Shown here piece by piece: positions 43,136 through 44,716 of a stretch of 44,716 nt of DNA; position 1 is the first letter of the stretch, and the number at the start of each line of letters is the position of its first letter. Origin of the DNA: Chloroflexia bacterium (GTDB lineage Bacteria > Chloroflexota > Chloroflexia > Thermomicrobiales > UBA6265); contig JACCVC010000041.1 of the NCBI GenBank assembly GCA_013698305.1, forward strand, positions 1-44,716, read 5' to 3'. The notes beneath the pieces were generated by a model, which was given only the letters and a program-made list of their open reading frames with translations, made no database searches and was not told the DNA's origin. A program made the translations under genes and the position numbers.

Positions 43136-43675
43136 TCATTTTTGCGTCTCTGTATCCAGCGACAGCACCATCAGGTCCTCATCGACGAAGCGATCCGGCA
43201 GCCGTATCGAGCGTGGCTCATGCCCGTAGAGGGTGAACCCCAGATCGGAATAGGTGGCTTTCGCGCGAATGTTGTGACTCGCCACCGTGAGATGGAGTTG
43301 AACGACGCCATCGGAACGGCGGGCGTGCCCGATCGCGGCATGGAGCAGGCGGCGACCGACGCCGGCGCGGCGAAACTCGGTCGCCACGTACATGCCCCAG
43401 ATGTCCATCCGGTGCCGGGTCTTGGCGCCGGGGTGGCGGAGGACGCCGCAGCATCCGACCAGCTTGCCCCCGTCTGTGAACGCGCCGAAGATGCGGTTAT
43501 CGCCGGTGATGGCGGTGGTGACGAAGCGTTCGCGCGAGGATGCTTCACCTGCCTCCACCGTTTCATCGTGGTCGGACCCGAAGGCGTCGGGGTGCTCCCG
43601 CAACGCGGTGAGCCGCATCGCCCACCAGGCGTCCCAGTTGGATTCTTTGAGCGGTCGGATGGTGATGCTTCGCAT
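43136..43675 (-). CDS. GNAT family N-acetyltransferase
   Basis: Acetyl-CoA motif A: VATEFRRAGVGRRLLHAAI. 179 aa. Confidence 0.82.
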   Translation of the reverse strand: MRSITIRPLKESNWDAWWAMRLTALREHPDAFGSDHDETVEAGEASSRERFVTTAITGDNRIFGAFTDGGKLVGCCGVLRHPGAKTRHRMDIWGMYVATEFRRAGVGRRLLHAAIGHARRSDGVVQLHLTVASHNIRAKATYSDLGFTLYGHEPRSIRLPDRFVDEDLMVLSLDTETQK

Positions 43676-43680
43676 GGTGG

Positions 43681-44508
43681 TTACCAGTTCCTGAGAGATT
43701 GGCGGAAGCGAGCCGCCAGCACCAGCGGGATGGTGGGGAAGTGACGCCAGGAGTGTCGATGGTCGTCCTGGGCTTCGACCGGGAAGGCGGGTTCCATGAT
43801 GCCGTCCATCATCATCCCGTGGGCGAAGGCCAGGTTCAGGATGTCACTGAGCGGTCGATGGAAGTAGTAGTGCATCTCCGGCTGGCCCTCGACGCCGAGG
43901 CCCTTGCGAGGCGGAATGTCGAGATAGTTGGAGATGCGCAACGAGTGTCTCACCGCGGGAGGCGCGACCAGTTCGTCGAGCGCCGATTCGAACGCCGCCT
44001 CCGTGTGGTTGAAGCAGGGATGCATGATCGTGAAGACGAAGCGGCCTTCCGGCTTGAGCATCCGCGGCACCGCTTCGAACAGCGGATTGATATCGACGAT
44101 GTCCATGATCGACATGTTGCAGACGATGGCGTCGAACCGGTCACGACCGAGCGTAGCGAGCTGCTCGGGTTCGGCCGCGTCGACCACCTGGTATTCGATC
44201 GGGTGAGAGCGATTTCGACCCGGTTCCCGCCGTGCGGCAAGCTCGATCAGGGCTTCGGAGAAATCGCAGGCCACCACGTTGCAGCCGAGGTCGGCGAGAT
44301 GCCGGGCGTAGAGCCCGTTGCCGCAGGCGAGGTCGAGTACCGTTTCGCCCGGTCGGGGAGCGAGCAACCCTTCCACGGCGGGACGGATCAGCTGCAGGTG
44401 GAAGGCGTTGCCCTCGCCCATGTGGCTGTCCCAGTAGACCGAGTTGCGCTCCCAGATCTCCCGTGCCTGGCGGGCGAGAGTCGAGCTTTGGTGTTTCCCA
44501 TGGGTCAT
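43681..44508 (-). CDS. Class I SAM-dependent methyltransferase
   Basis: Motif I VLDLACGNGLY, motif II-like VVACDFS, post-I/III FDAIVCNM. Confidence 0.82.
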   Translation of the reverse strand: MTHGKHQSSTLARQAREIWERNSVYWDSHMGEGNAFHLQLIRPAVEGLLAPRPGETVLDLACGNGLYARHLADLGCNVVACDFSEALIELAARREPGRNRSHPIEYQVVDAAEPEQLATLGRDRFDAIVCNMSIMDIVDINPLFEAVPRMLKPEGRFVFTIMHPCFNHTEAAFESALDELVAPPAVRHSLRISNYLDIPPRKGLGVEGQPEMHYYFHRPLSDILNLAFAHGMMMDGIMEPAFPVEAQDDHRHSWRHFPTIPLVLAARFRQSLRNW

Positions 44509-44549
44509 GTCACGTGATTCCTGACATCCTTCGCGTTGGAATGGCGCCT

Positions 44550-44716
44550 CTAAAGGATACCCCCGCCCAGCGCGAGCCGGAACGCGCCGACCGCGAAGAT
44601 CAACACGCTGGCGATGAGACCGAGTCGCGCCAGGGCATCATCCGGCGCTGCCTGCATTCGCTGGTAGCTGAAGAGGGCGGCAAGCAGGGAAATCGGGAGA
44701 GTCGTAAGCCAATTGA
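44550..44716 (-). CDS. C-terminal fragment of a small hydrophobic (membrane) protein; 5' end lies outside the window
   Basis: The GC3-rich minus-strand frame reads ...NWLTTLPISLLAALFSYQRMQAAPDDALARLGLIASVLIFAVGAFRLALGGGIL-stop (TAG is the reverse complement of 44550-44552). It is too short to appear in the ORF track. Confidence 0.35.
   Translation of the reverse strand, partial: NWLTTLPISLLAALFSYQRMQAAPDDALARLGLIASVLIFAVGAFRLALGGGIL

Noticed and set aside
1-44716. Prophage, integron, IS element, toxin-antitoxin or known defence-system genes
   Set aside because: No integrase, transposase, recombinase, phage structural gene, restriction-modification gene or small paired TA-like ORFs were recognisable in any frame. 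The only mobile-looking DNA is the REP/REPIN family.

Overview
This is a high-G+C, strongly GC3-biased 44.7-kb chromosomal segment. I support about 45 protein-coding genes. By eye I found no rRNA, tRNA, CRISPR array, integrase or transposase.

Gene content from left to right:
- A peptide/nickel-type ABC permease pair and a DHDPS-family lyase.
- An orphan coxG-coxS-coxM set with no large subunit.
- A cell-wall block: class A PBP, Lrp regulator, gatD-murT-mreC-mreB, and a beta-lactamase-like hydrolase.
- An enolase-superfamily enzyme.
- An ECF sigma factor coupled to an unusual anti-sigma/MGMT fusion.
- A minus-strand envelope-glycosylation block: GT39/ArnT-like membrane transferase, PLP enzyme, SDR epimerase, GT2, DUF2064.
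- A carotenoid glycoside-ester cluster: crtB, acyltransferase, cruF-like hydratase, GT2, esterase, crtI.
- A NYN-domain protein, a ROK kinase and an LLM oxidoreductase.
- A tandem ABC-2 exporter (ATPase-permease-ATPase-permease) divergent from an atypical LuxR-type regulator.
- A permease-only Dpp/Opp-like operon, a Tat-signal M23 peptidase, PepF, a GNAT and a SAM methyltransferase.

The intergenic DNA is saturated with a family of GTAG/GTAC-headed GC-rich hairpins (REP/REPIN-like). I count about 20 units at 13 loci, and several of them supply gene stop codons.

The best candidate for something undescribed is the ECF sigma factor paired with a zinc-anti-sigma (HxxxCxxC) domain fused to a complete O6-alkylguanine alkyltransferase. 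I read this as a possible alkylation-sensing sigma/anti-sigma switch.

The taxon is only an inference. Gene content and repeat style suggest a Chloroflexota/Thermomicrobia-like or other high-GC monoderm-type bacterium. All functional calls come from reading motifs by eye. No database search was run.
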